Source: a candidate division WOR-3 bacterium (GTDB lineage Bacteria; Hydrothermota; Tepidihabitantia; Tepidihabitantales; Tepidihabitantaceae). Taken from it: a stretch of 55,098 nucleotides of DNA. A model generated the notes under the pieces. The model was not told the origin of the DNA. It saw only the letters and a list, made by a program, of their open reading frames with translations, and ran no database searches. Position numbers and translations under genes: made by a program. The stretch covers positions 1 to 55,098 of the forward strand of contig CBFGJX010000018.1 in assembly GCA_965649225.1 (NCBI GenBank), written 5' to 3'. Of the stretch, positions 34,307 to 43,376 are shown one piece after another; position 1 is the first letter of the stretch, and every line of letters starts with the position of its first letter.

Positions 34307-36015
34307 GTTTGTCCGCCCATCATCTCGGCAATTCCCTCAACCACCTCACTGACGGCAAACGGACGGCCGTCGTACCGACGAACGCTGCCAGCCACCTTCA
34401 CCAGTGCCTCCTGAGCCAGCAAACGCGCAAGCTGCCCGGTGTGATTGGCTTCAACCGTAAACACCTGTCGATGCTGGCAAAGCTCTGCTGCGGCGGCGGC
34501 TGGAAACGGCCAGAGCCATTCAACCGGTACCAAAGCGACACTTTTACCGGCATCCCGCAATCGTTCCACCGCTTCGGTGACGATCCCGACACTCGAGCCG
34601 AAGCACCACACCAGATTTTCGGCCGGGGCCGGCAACGGAACCGGTGCCGGCGCCCTAGCAAGCAGCGCCGCCAGCTTGGCAGCCCGCTTCTCGACCATCA
34701 GTTTCCGCATCTCAGCCGACTCAGTAATGTGACCCTCGGTATCATGCTCATCGGAATCAGCATAAACCAGCTGATTGCGGGTTCCAGGTCGTATCCGGAT
34801 TGAAACGCCTTCCGGCCCCGGAGCATAACGCCGATAGGAATCAAACCCGGCCTTCTCCAGTTCAGCATCGGCAAACCTGTCAACCGGCGGCTCAACCACC
34901 GGGAATCCGCTCACGCTGAAACCAGCGTCGCCAAGCAGCTGGTCGAACAGAACTATTACCGGCAACTGGTACTGGTCGGCGAGCTCAAAAGCCTGAACAG
35001 CGCAGCGAAAAGCGGCAGCGCCATCGGCAGGAGCCAACACCACCCGTCCGAAATCACCGTGACCGGCAAAAAGCGCAGTCAGCAAATCGGCCTGAGCAGT
35101 TCTGGTTGCCATTCCCGTTGCCGGTCCCGGTCTCATGCCCAGCATCACCACCAGCGGTGTTTCGGTCATGCCGGCCAAACTCAACCCCTCGTTCATCAGT
35201 GAAAAACCACCGCCTGAAGTTGCAACCATCGCACGGGCACCGGCGAAAGAAGCTCCCAAGGCGAGATTCACTGCTGCAACCTCGTCTTCGGTGTACTCGA
35301 CAACAAGCCCCGCCGCCTCGGCGTGCCGACTGCAGAACTCCAGCACCGGCGTGCCCGGCGACATCGGGTAGCCGGCGACTACCCGGGCATTCCCGGCAAT
35401 CGCCCCCAGAGCAAGAGCCTGGCTACCGGCAACGAAAATCCGGCGGTCGGGGCCAGGCTTCGGCAGCATGAGCCGACTCGCAATCCCCAGGCGCCGCGCC
35501 GCGTCGAATCCGGCAGCAAAACAATCAAGATTCTGGCGCAGCCGGCCACCGTCGCCGGCCCCGAAGCGTTGTTCGAGTCCCAGCCTGACTTCGGCTGACT
35601 CCATTCCAAATATGCCGGCGACAACTCCAAGTGCGACAACGTTGCTCATAACCGCACTGCCGCCGGCCTCTGCCGCCAACTCTCCCATCGGCAGTTGCAC
35701 AACTCTCGGGTCGGACGGATTTCCCTCACCCGGCTCGCAAACCGCCACACCGTCGGCGGCCAGTCGGCCAATATGCCAACCGGCAAACCCCGGACGCAGA
35801 CACACCAGCAGATTGTCGTGGTCGGCCGGCGCCAGCACCGGAACACCGCGTACCCGGAGCCGGGCAAAATTGTGACCGCCCCGGATTCGTGACATCACAT
35901 CCTGGCAGGAAAACACCTCTCGACCGCTACGAGCCAGCAACCGACCCAGCAGGTCGGAAACAAGCTGAATCCCCTGACCGGCCGCACCGGCAATCGTAAT
36001 ACCGACATCAACCAT
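34303..36015 (-). CDS. 2-oxoacid:ferredoxin oxidoreductase alpha subunit (copy 2)
   Basis: GAAGQG, SRIRGGHNF, GYPMSP, EDE, TSGGGFSLM, DEH; TGATG overlap with beta 1. Confidence 0.93.
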   Translation of the reverse strand: MVDVGITIAGAAGQGIQLVSDLLGRLLARSGREVFSCQDVMSRIRGGHNFARLRVRGVPVLAPADHDNLLVCLRPGFAGWHIGRLAADGVAVCEPGEGNPSDPRVVQLPMGELAAEAGGSAVMSNVVALGVVAGIFGMESAEVRLGLEQRFGAGDGGRLRQNLDCFAAGFDAARRLGIASRLMLPKPGPDRRIFVAGSQALALGAIAGNARVVAGYPMSPGTPVLEFCSRHAEAAGLVVEYTEDEVAAVNLALGASFAGARAMVATSGGGFSLMNEGLSLAGMTETPLVVMLGMRPGPATGMATRTAQADLLTALFAGHGDFGRVVLAPADGAAAFRCAVQAFELADQYQLPVIVLFDQLLGDAGFSVSGFPVVEPPVDRFADAELEKAGFDSYRRYAPGPEGVSIRIRPGTRNQLVYADSDEHDTEGHITESAEMRKLMVEKRAAKLAALLARAPAPVPLPAPAENLVWCFGSSVGIVTEAVERLRDAGKSVALVPVEWLWPFPAAAAAELCQHRQVFTVEANHTGQLARLLAQEALVKVAGSVRRYDGRPFAVSEVVEGIAEMMGGQT

Positions 36016-36878
36016 CAACGGTATCCCTCAATCACCCTTGCCAGTGCCGCCGACCGATTGACCATCTCCACCAGCGGCCCCTTCGCCAGAACCGGCAGCA
36101 GCGACTCGTAGGCTGGGCGCGCGCGCTTCAGGAATATGCCAATTGGAATCTTCCCGTCACCATCAGGCCACTCCAAGGCCCGTTCCAGAGCCGCCTCGGG
36201 ATCACCCGGGTCGTGTCCGGCCGCGGCCAGGTCGTAAACTCGACCGGCATACCACTGCCAGGTATTGACACGGTTGTAGGTCACACAGGGCTGAAGAATA
36301 TCAACCAGCGCAAACCCATCGTGCTGAAGTGCTGCCAGCAGCGTACGTTCAAGATGGCCGGCATCGCCGGCAAAACTGCGGGCCACGAAACTGCCACCGG
36401 CGGCAATCGCTGCGGCAATCGGATTGAACCCGGCCAGCAGTGTACCGCCCGGTGTTGCCCGGGTCACAAAACCGGCGTGAGCCGTTGGTGAAGGCTGCCC
36501 CTTGGTCAGACCGTAGACACCGTTATTGTGAACCAGACAGGCGATGCCCAGATTACGCCGCAGGGCATGCAATAGGTGGCCACCGCCCTCGCCATACATA
36601 TCACCATCCCCACCGATTGCAATGACATGCAGGCGGTGATTGGCCAGCTTGACCCCCAAAGCCGTCGGCAACGCGCGACCGTGCAGGCCGTGCAGTGAAT
36701 TGACGCTCACATGCCGAGCAACTTTCCCTGCCTGTCCGATTCCGGCAACGATGCAGACCTGCGAACGGTCCCAACCGGTCTGCGCCAGTACCCGCCGCAA
36801 CACTTCCAGGATGCGGAAATTCCCGCAACCCGGACACCAAGTCGGCTCAAACGGGGTTGCCCAGTCGCTATCGCTCAC
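36015..36878 (-). CDS. 2-oxoacid:ferredoxin oxidoreductase beta subunit (copy 1)
   Basis: WCPGCG, GIGQ, LHGR, GGDGD, YGLTKGQ, QPC. Confidence 0.93.
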   Translation of the reverse strand: MSDSDWATPFEPTWCPGCGNFRILEVLRRVLAQTGWDRSQVCIVAGIGQAGKVARHVSVNSLHGLHGRALPTALGVKLANHRLHVIAIGGDGDMYGEGGGHLLHALRRNLGIACLVHNNGVYGLTKGQPSPTAHAGFVTRATPGGTLLAGFNPIAAAIAAGGSFVARSFAGDAGHLERTLLAALQHDGFALVDILQPCVTYNRVNTWQWYAGRVYDLAAAGHDPGDPEAALERALEWPDGDGKIPIGIFLKRARPAYESLLPVLAKGPLVEMVNRSAALARVIEGYR

Positions 36879-36881
36879 CCA

Positions 36882-38600
36882 TCACCCCGCCTCGACCAGC
36901 GCCTGCAACTCGTCGGCGAGCACTGCCCCAACGAATGGTCGTCCATCGTACTTCAAAACCTCGTGCTGCGGCCGGATGAGCAGTTCACGCGCCAGCAGAC
37001 GGCCAAGCTGACCGGTACTGTTAGCCTCAACTGTTATCACTCGGCGGGCTGAGCTCAGCGCCGAGCCCACTGCCCGATGTGGAAACGGCTCAAGCTCGTC
37101 CAGATGGACCATTCCGACCCGAACCCGTCGGGACTGAAGTATTGTTACCGCCTCGCGCACTGCCCCCCAAGTGCCACCCCAGCAGACAACAACTGTCTCC
37201 TCTCCCAACCCCGGAAAACAGCCGCCACAGTCGGTATCGTTACGCATCGCTGCCAGCTTGCGCATCCTTTTGTCCTGCATCTTCACTCTGACAGCAGCAT
37301 CCTCGGTCTGATAGCCGCTTTCGTCATGTTCAGCACCAGTCGCTACAACCAGCTGACGAAGCAGACCGGGTCGGACCAGTGGCGACACGCCATCTGGAGT
37401 GTCAAGATAGCGCCGATAGCTGTACGGCTGACGACCGCTCCAGAGACTCTCGGCAAAATCGGCGGCAATATCGAAAGCTCGCGGCTTCAGTTCCGAGACC
37501 GTCCAGAGCGAATCAGACACAAGCTGATCGGAAAGCACAATTGCCGGCACCTGATAACGCCAGGCCAGCGCAAACGCCCGTTGAATCGAATAGAAGGCCG
37601 ACTCGGCCGAACCCGGAGCAAAAACAAACCGGGGAAACTCATCCTGCGATGCGGAAATGGCAAACAGCAGTTCGGCCTGCTCATTCCGGGTCGGAAAACC
37701 GGTTGCTGGCCCGGCCCGCTGTGCAATTACTACCACGACCGGCAGCTCAGCCATTCCAGCCAGTCCCAGTGCCTCAACCATCAGCGAGAAGCCACCACCC
37801 GAAGTCGCGGTCATTGCTCGGACCCCGGCATAGGCTGCACCGCAGACCGCATTCAGGGCCGCAATCTCGTCTTCCACCTGCTCCACCACCAGTCCCAGCT
37901 CCGACTGCAGTGCCGCCAGTGTCTCCATAATCGGAGTCGAGGGCGACATCGGATAACCGGCATGAAAGCGCACCCCGGCAGCAAGCGCCCCCAGGGCCAA
38001 AGCCTGGTTACCAGTCAGGACCAGGCGCCGCTGCGGCGACAGCTCGGGCAGACGACAATTGCACTCGCCGGCAAACTCGCGGCGGACCAGTTCGGCCCCG
38101 GCCCGGGCACACTCGATATTCGCCTTGACGACCGCATCCCCTTTGGCCGCGAACCGCTCCCGCAACAGGGAAAGCAACGGCTCAATCGGATGTCCAGTAA
38201 GAGCGAGCACTGCACCGAGTCCGACCGTGTTGGCCATTGCCCGACTGCCGCCGGTTTCGGTTGCAACACGCAGCAACGGCAGTGCCGTAACTCCATCTGC
38301 ACCACCGGCACTGGTTTCATCAACAACAATCGTTCCACCGGCGACCATTTCGCGGCGATGAATCTCAACCGAATCTCGGTCCAGCGCCAACAGGACATTG
38401 CACTGCGCCGGCGGCCCAAGCACCGGCCGGTCCGACGCACGAATGGCGGTGAAATTGTGCCCGCCGCGAATACGCGACATTACATCGGGGTAGGCAAAAA
38501 CGTGGTAGCCGGAGCGGGCCAGCGCCCGCGCCAGCAGCTCGGAGGCGGTATCAACGCCCTGACCGGCCTGGCCGGCAACCATCAGCGTCGTGTCGGTCAC
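36882..38600 (-). CDS. 2-oxoacid:ferredoxin oxidoreductase alpha subunit (copy 1)
   Basis: GQAGQG, SRIRGGHNF, GYPMSP, EDE, TSGGGFSLM, YDGRP; start inferred at GTG 38600. Confidence 0.93.
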   Translation of the reverse strand: MTDTTLMVAGQAGQGVDTASELLARALARSGYHVFAYPDVMSRIRGGHNFTAIRASDRPVLGPPAQCNVLLALDRDSVEIHRREMVAGGTIVVDETSAGGADGVTALPLLRVATETGGSRAMANTVGLGAVLALTGHPIEPLLSLLRERFAAKGDAVVKANIECARAGAELVRREFAGECNCRLPELSPQRRLVLTGNQALALGALAAGVRFHAGYPMSPSTPIMETLAALQSELGLVVEQVEDEIAALNAVCGAAYAGVRAMTATSGGGFSLMVEALGLAGMAELPVVVVIAQRAGPATGFPTRNEQAELLFAISASQDEFPRFVFAPGSAESAFYSIQRAFALAWRYQVPAIVLSDQLVSDSLWTVSELKPRAFDIAADFAESLWSGRQPYSYRRYLDTPDGVSPLVRPGLLRQLVVATGAEHDESGYQTEDAAVRVKMQDKRMRKLAAMRNDTDCGGCFPGLGEETVVVCWGGTWGAVREAVTILQSRRVRVGMVHLDELEPFPHRAVGSALSSARRVITVEANSTGQLGRLLARELLIRPQHEVLKYDGRPFVGAVLADELQALVEAG

Positions 38601-38605
38601 GGGGG

Positions 38606-38634
38606 ATACTATTCGCACCGGCGACGGTGGTCAA
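38606..38634 (-). promoter_or_regulatory. Leaderless promoter of the OFOR cluster
   Basis: TTGACC-N17-TAGTAT-N5-GTG. Confidence 0.6.
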
Positions 38635-39257
38635 GCGACGCTGCGGCGACTGCGCAAAACTCCCTGGCCAGCCAGCACCAGAAGTGCCGCGCCGGCAATC
38701 ACCGCTCCCCAGATTCCCAGAAGCGACAACGCCGTTACAATCGCCGCGGCAAGCAACACCCCCAGCAGGCACGCCAGCAGCGAACGCCAGTAGGACATTC
38801 CCAGCAGCACCGCCGCCAGCGAACCGGTCCAGGCGCCGGTGCCCGGCAACGGAATACCCACAAACAGCACCAGTCCCCAGAATTCGTAACGCTGAATGAC
38901 ACCACTGCGCCGCCGCGTCCGGGCATAGAGCCATTCGAAAAAACGCCGGAACAGCCCGAACCGCGAAAGCCAGGCAACGGTCTTCTCCAGCAGAAGCAGC
39001 ACCAGTACTATCGGCAGCAGATTGCCAACGATCGAAAGAGTCAGCGTCTGCCAGAGCGGCAATCGCAGCAGATTGTTGCCGATCGGCACGGCACCGCGTA
39101 GCTCCACCACCGGCAGCATTGCCACCACCAGCACTACTACCTGGGGCGGCAAACCCTGAGTCTGCAAACGCTCGGCAAGCCGCGAACCGGTACTCCCCTG
39201 CGTCAGCGAAGTTGCCAACAGTGCAACGGCAAGCGCCGCAACCAACCGTCGCCTCAT
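38631..39257 (-). CDS. Small multidrug export-family membrane protein (COG2426-like)
   Basis: PVVELRGAVP, GN..P, FVGIPLPGTGAWTG; ATGA overlap with upstream gene. Confidence 0.88.
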   Translation of the reverse strand: MRRRLVAALAVALLATSLTQGSTGSRLAERLQTQGLPPQVVVLVVAMLPVVELRGAVPIGNNLLRLPLWQTLTLSIVGNLLPIVLVLLLLEKTVAWLSRFGLFRRFFEWLYARTRRRSGVIQRYEFWGLVLFVGIPLPGTGAWTGSLAAVLLGMSYWRSLLACLLGVLLAAAIVTALSLLGIWGAVIAGAALLVLAGQGVLRSRRSVA

Positions 39258-41227
39258 GCCAGCCCCCGGCGCCGACGCAACACCCATTCCAGTCCAGCCA
39301 GTAGAGCCGCCGCCGCAATCAACCCGCCGCTCCGGCGCGGATCAAGCCGCCATTCGCGCCGGAACTCACCCAACCGCAAGACATAATCGGGCCCGGGCAG
39401 ACTTTCGGCATCAAAATACGTCCCACCTGCCGCCTGCGCCAGTTCAGTCAGAAAACGCCGGTCACGACCGGTTCGAACCAGCTCCAGCGGGCGATCCGAC
39501 ACCACCAGTTCCGTGACCGGAGTCCCGACGACCTCATCGTCAAACCGGACCAGGGCCTGCGCCCGATAATCACCCGGACTCAGACCTGCCAGTTCAGCCT
39601 CATACCGGCCGTCGGCCACCTCAATCAACGGCGCTCGAGCAACCGACACCGATTCGGCTTTCAACTCAACCAGTGGCGCAAGCCCGGACCAGGGTCGCCC
39701 ATCCGGCCGCCGGGCCCGCAGCACAAGCCGAACCGGCTCGGCGGCCAGAAACTCCGGCCGCGCCGGCTCCAGCTCGAACCGCCCGGTATCGCTCGTTGCG
39801 GCAAAATCCAGAACTCCCGGCAGAAACCGGTCCAGCGGCGCAGGGATACCGGCGGCAGCGGTAGCAACAAAACCCCAGCGCCAGAGTGGATAACCGGCCA
39901 GATAAACCACCCGGCCGTTACTCGCACGCCGGACGCCAAGTGCAACCCGACCCGACCCGGTAACCAGCCACGGCGTCAGCACCGAATCACTGACCAGCAG
40001 CCGGAAGCCGTCAAAAGGCGGCACACTTTCGACCGGCACGCGCAGCCAGTCCAGATACCGACCCGCACCCGAAACCGACACCGGCTCGGACCGCCAGTTA
40101 CCGGGCAGCAGTGGCGAACCCAGCAGCCTCTCGATTCGCGGCCCGGCGACCATTGTCGGTCCGGCCAGTACGACTGCCCCAGCCCCCTGCAGCACCCGAC
40201 GTCCGACCGCATCGTAGAATGCGGCCCGGCGGGAATCATCAACCGGGCAATCCAGCACAAACACATCAGTACTGTCAACCCAGCCCGGCACACTGCCATC
40301 ACTGCGCGGCTCGACCAGACTGCGCACCAGCAGGGTACTGTCGGCGGTCAGCGCACGCAGCACAAAACGCGACTGCGCTCCGGGACTGCCGCTGTGCAAC
40401 CCCACTCGACGTCCACCCGCGACATCCACCCGGACCGTCAATTCGTTGTCACTGTAAAATGCCTCTCTGGTCAGACTATCAGCCCGCACTGTCAGCGTCT
40501 GCCGTCCCGGCCGGACAAAAGCGGTGACAAATTCCAGCTCAGCCTCAGCCGGACCACTGTCCAGCACCAGCTCCCGCGCCCTGCCCTGCAGCCGGACGAC
40601 CGCCTTTTCGCCCGCCAGGCCGGCGTAGCGGAAACGCACCCGCACCGGCACGCTCTCTGCGGTCCGCACCGCGGTCGGCAACACGACAGCGGTCAGTGCC
40701 AGATTCCGCATCAATGCCGGGCCGACCCCAACCGTATAGACTGGGACACCGGTCCGGACGGCAACGGTCCGACTGTCAGCCTCACCATTATCCTGTCCGT
40801 CGCTTACCAGCACCAGCACCGCCGGCCGCGTCCGCGCGGCCAGTTCCAGCGCCCGGCCGATTCTGCTTCGCTGACCGAACCCCGGACCGATGTTGCCGGA
40901 TTGACGCCCTGCCGGCAACGCGGTATCGGCGAAAACCCATATCTCCCGCCGCAGCCGCTCCGGCAGCACAAAAGAACCGGCCACCTGTCGGGCGACACTG
41001 TCAAGGCCAAAAACCCCGAGACTCTGCGACTGGTCCACCAGCACCACTGCCCGACGCGGCCGCTCAGTCCAGGCCACGCGCAGAATCTGACCGGACAGCG
41101 CCAGCCCCAGTATCAGCAGAACCAGCAGGCGCAGAAAAAACAGCCCGAGCCCGTCGCGTGCCAGCAACTGGCGACGGTAAGCAACTACCGCCAGTACCAG
41201 CAGCAGCGCACTAGCGGCGATAAGCAT
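39254..41227 (-). CDS. Membrane-anchored vWA-domain protein
   Basis: N-terminal TMs, MIDAS-like DQSQS and SDGQDN, LWRW, AGG.YF, C-terminal EWVLRRRRGL. Confidence 0.75.
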   Translation of the reverse strand: MLIAASALLLVLAVVAYRRQLLARDGLGLFFLRLLVLLILGLALSGQILRVAWTERPRRAVVLVDQSQSLGVFGLDSVARQVAGSFVLPERLRREIWVFADTALPAGRQSGNIGPGFGQRSRIGRALELAARTRPAVLVLVSDGQDNGEADSRTVAVRTGVPVYTVGVGPALMRNLALTAVVLPTAVRTAESVPVRVRFRYAGLAGEKAVVRLQGRARELVLDSGPAEAELEFVTAFVRPGRQTLTVRADSLTREAFYSDNELTVRVDVAGGRRVGLHSGSPGAQSRFVLRALTADSTLLVRSLVEPRSDGSVPGWVDSTDVFVLDCPVDDSRRAAFYDAVGRRVLQGAGAVVLAGPTMVAGPRIERLLGSPLLPGNWRSEPVSVSGAGRYLDWLRVPVESVPPFDGFRLLVSDSVLTPWLVTGSGRVALGVRRASNGRVVYLAGYPLWRWGFVATAAAGIPAPLDRFLPGVLDFAATSDTGRFELEPARPEFLAAEPVRLVLRARRPDGRPWSGLAPLVELKAESVSVARAPLIEVADGRYEAELAGLSPGDYRAQALVRFDDEVVGTPVTELVVSDRPLELVRTGRDRRFLTELAQAAGGTYFDAESLPGPDYVLRLGEFRREWRLDPRRSGGLIAAAALLAGLEWVLRRRRGLA

Positions 41228-42227
41228 CCAACGGCCTGAGTTCAGGCACCGGCGCAAGCAGCAGTCGAAGACTCTCGGTCGGTGCAGCAAACTCTACTTT
41301 TGGACCAACCAGCTCTGCCCGGGTGTCACCATCGGTGTCAGCGGCGGCGAAAACGCTGAACCGGCCCACCGGCAGGCGGAACGTGAACCGGCCATCGGGT
41401 TCAACTGCGGCAACCGCCACTGTTCCCCGCTCATCCTCAACAAACACCACTGCGCCAGCAACGGCACCAGCAGAATCGGCAACCCCGACCACCCCGCTGC
41501 ACAACGCCGGCGGTGGCGCGCTGTCGGAATAGAACATTGTGGCGGCGGCGAACCGGGCCCGGTTACCCTCCAGGTCACGCCAGCCGGCAGGCACAACGAA
41601 ACTGACAATCATCCCGGGCACCAGCGAATCGCGGCTGCCAAACGACAGTGTCTGCCAGTCCCGGTCCCACGCCGACCGAAACACCGAATCCAGCCCTGCC
41701 GGGACAAAAAACCAGCGCAGTCCGGCAGCGGTATCCGCCGGCTCGCTCAGCCGGACCACAACCCGCAGACCGGAACGCACCCGTGCGGTTCCCGGCCGCG
41801 GCTCCAGTGCCACCACCCGGGGTGCAATGGTATCAACCCGTTCGCTGGCCTTGAATCGGCCGCGAAACCGGACCGAGTTTCCTGCCCGGTCTGCCGCCCG
41901 GCCGCGCACCTCGTAAACCCCGGGACTCTGCACTGCCGACCAGACCAGCAACCTCGTGTCGCCCCGTCCCCGCGACACCCCGCGCACGACGACCGGCCCC
42001 GCCGGGCCGGCCAGCTGCAGACTCTCAACCGGTGTCGCGGCCGGTTCCACCGGCTCATCAAACTCCAGCTCGAACTGTGTCCGGCTGCGGGTAACCACCC
42101 GCTCCAGTCGCGGCGGGAAACGGTCCGGACTGGGCGGCGGCAACTTCTTGGCACACCCCGCTGCTGCCAGCGCGAGCAGTCCCAGTCTTAGCAGTCTGCG
42201 AAGCATTCTGCGAATCATTCGGTTCAT
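41211..42227 (-). CDS. Lipoprotein with Ig-like domains
   Basis: Lipobox AAGC followed by AK..PPSPD..PP; F.EP and D..GN motifs repeated. Confidence 0.72.
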   Translation of the reverse strand: MNRMIRRMLRRLLRLGLLALAAAGCAKKLPPPSPDRFPPRLERVVTRSRTQFELEFDEPVEPAATPVESLQLAGPAGPVVVRGVSRGRGDTRLLVWSAVQSPGVYEVRGRAADRAGNSVRFRGRFKASERVDTIAPRVVALEPRPGTARVRSGLRVVVRLSEPADTAAGLRWFFVPAGLDSVFRSAWDRDWQTLSFGSRDSLVPGMIVSFVVPAGWRDLEGNRARFAAATMFYSDSAPPPALCSGVVGVADSAGAVAGAVVFVEDERGTVAVAAVEPDGRFTFRLPVGRFSVFAAADTDGDTRAELVGPKVEFAAPTESLRLLLAPVPELRPLDAYRR

Positions 42228-43168
42228 CGTTCGCGCAACGCCCGCCTGAGGCCGCGCAACTCAGTCCTGCCCAGGCCCTGACGCTCGGCCATTTTCACCA
42301 GCCGCAGCGACAGCACCCGATAGAGCGGCACCAGTTCCGGCGCCCGCTCCTCCAGCGCGGCAATATGGCGGGCCACTGTCTGCCGGTCGCCGCGCTGAAC
42401 CGGCCCGGTCAGACTCGCCAATGCACCCGACTCAATCATTCCTTCCAGCACCGCCTGCGGCAGCGACGCCAGCAACCGCAGACCGTTGCGCCGGCCCAGC
42501 CCGATACATTCGGCCAGCTCCTCAGCCGCATCACCAAGAGCGTTCAGGAAATTCGACATAAAAACGCACAAGGCATGATACAGTGGCCGATCAACACCCG
42601 AAACCTCTATCAGCCGGCCCTCCAGCCGTCGCACCAGTGCCCGGGCAAAACGCAACCCGGCAGCGCTGCCATCAACCGCAAAAGTTGACCCGGGCAGACG
42701 GGCAATTGCCTGTGCGTGTGAAGCGAACGACTGAGCCGGATGGAGCGCCAGCGGCTCGTGTCCGGCGTCTTCGGCACCATGCAGCACCTCGGTACCCCAG
42801 GCTCCGGCGCAGTGCACCACCACTGCCCCGGGCAGCACCCAGCGCCGCAGCGCCGCATATTCCGGCCCGATCGCAGCATCAGGCACGGTCAGAAACAAAA
42901 CCCGGGACCGCGCCGCCACCTCGGTTGTTCGCAGCCGCTCGTAGGGCATTTTCAAAAGACCATAAGCCACCCATGCCTGCCGTGGCCGCCGGTCAGCCAC
43001 CCCTGCCACCGGATAGCCCAGTCGCCGGCAGTGCCATGCCAGTGCCGTGCCCAGCCGACCGGCGCCGATAAAGCCGACCGCCGGCAGACCGGGCACCGGC
43101 GCGCGCGGCACCAGTCGGCCGGTCGGGCGTCGGAAACTGTTACCGGTTTTGCGCGGGTAAGTCATCAT
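42224..43168 (-). CDS. Rossmann-like/DUF2520 protein
   Basis: GFIGAGRLG, TVPD, HCAG, HPAQ, YHA, LTGPVQRGD..TV..H. Confidence 0.9.
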   Translation of the reverse strand: MMTYPRKTGNSFRRPTGRLVPRAPVPGLPAVGFIGAGRLGTALAWHCRRLGYPVAGVADRRPRQAWVAYGLLKMPYERLRTTEVAARSRVLFLTVPDAAIGPEYAALRRWVLPGAVVVHCAGAWGTEVLHGAEDAGHEPLALHPAQSFASHAQAIARLPGSTFAVDGSAAGLRFARALVRRLEGRLIEVSGVDRPLYHALCVFMSNFLNALGDAAEELAECIGLGRRNGLRLLASLPQAVLEGMIESGALASLTGPVQRGDRQTVARHIAALEERAPELVPLYRVLSLRLVKMAERQGLGRTELRGLRRALRER

Positions 43169-43177
43169 CGCCTCGCC

Positions 43178-43205
43178 AAGATAGCGACCGCCCTCCGGGT
43201 GTCAA
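43178..43205 (-). promoter_or_regulatory. Near-leaderless promoter of the DUF2520 operon
   Basis: TTGACA-N16-TATCTT-N9-ATG. Confidence 0.65.
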
Positions 43206-43245
43206 GCCGCCGGCTCACCCATCATCGCGGCACAGAAAAATAATA

Positions 43246-43275
43246 TTGACAGATATTGAGGGGTAAGACTACAAT
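43246..43275 (+). promoter_or_regulatory. Promoter of the first C25-family gene
   Basis: TTGACA-N18-TACAAT with AT-rich upstream tract. Confidence 0.6.
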
Positions 43276-43376
43276 TGAACCGGGACGACAAGGCCCGGCC
43301 AAAGCTTTCTGGCAATTCAGCCGGGCCTTGCGCTTTCAGCGAGAGTCCATCGGTCCATAAGGAGGACCTGAAGTTT

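Noticed and set aside
37077..39101. 674-aa plus-strand ORF and other long antisense ORFs (9771-10838, 31094-32500, 52263-53429)
   Set aside because: They shadow well-conserved genes on the opposite strand in GC-rich DNA and show no recognisable motifs.
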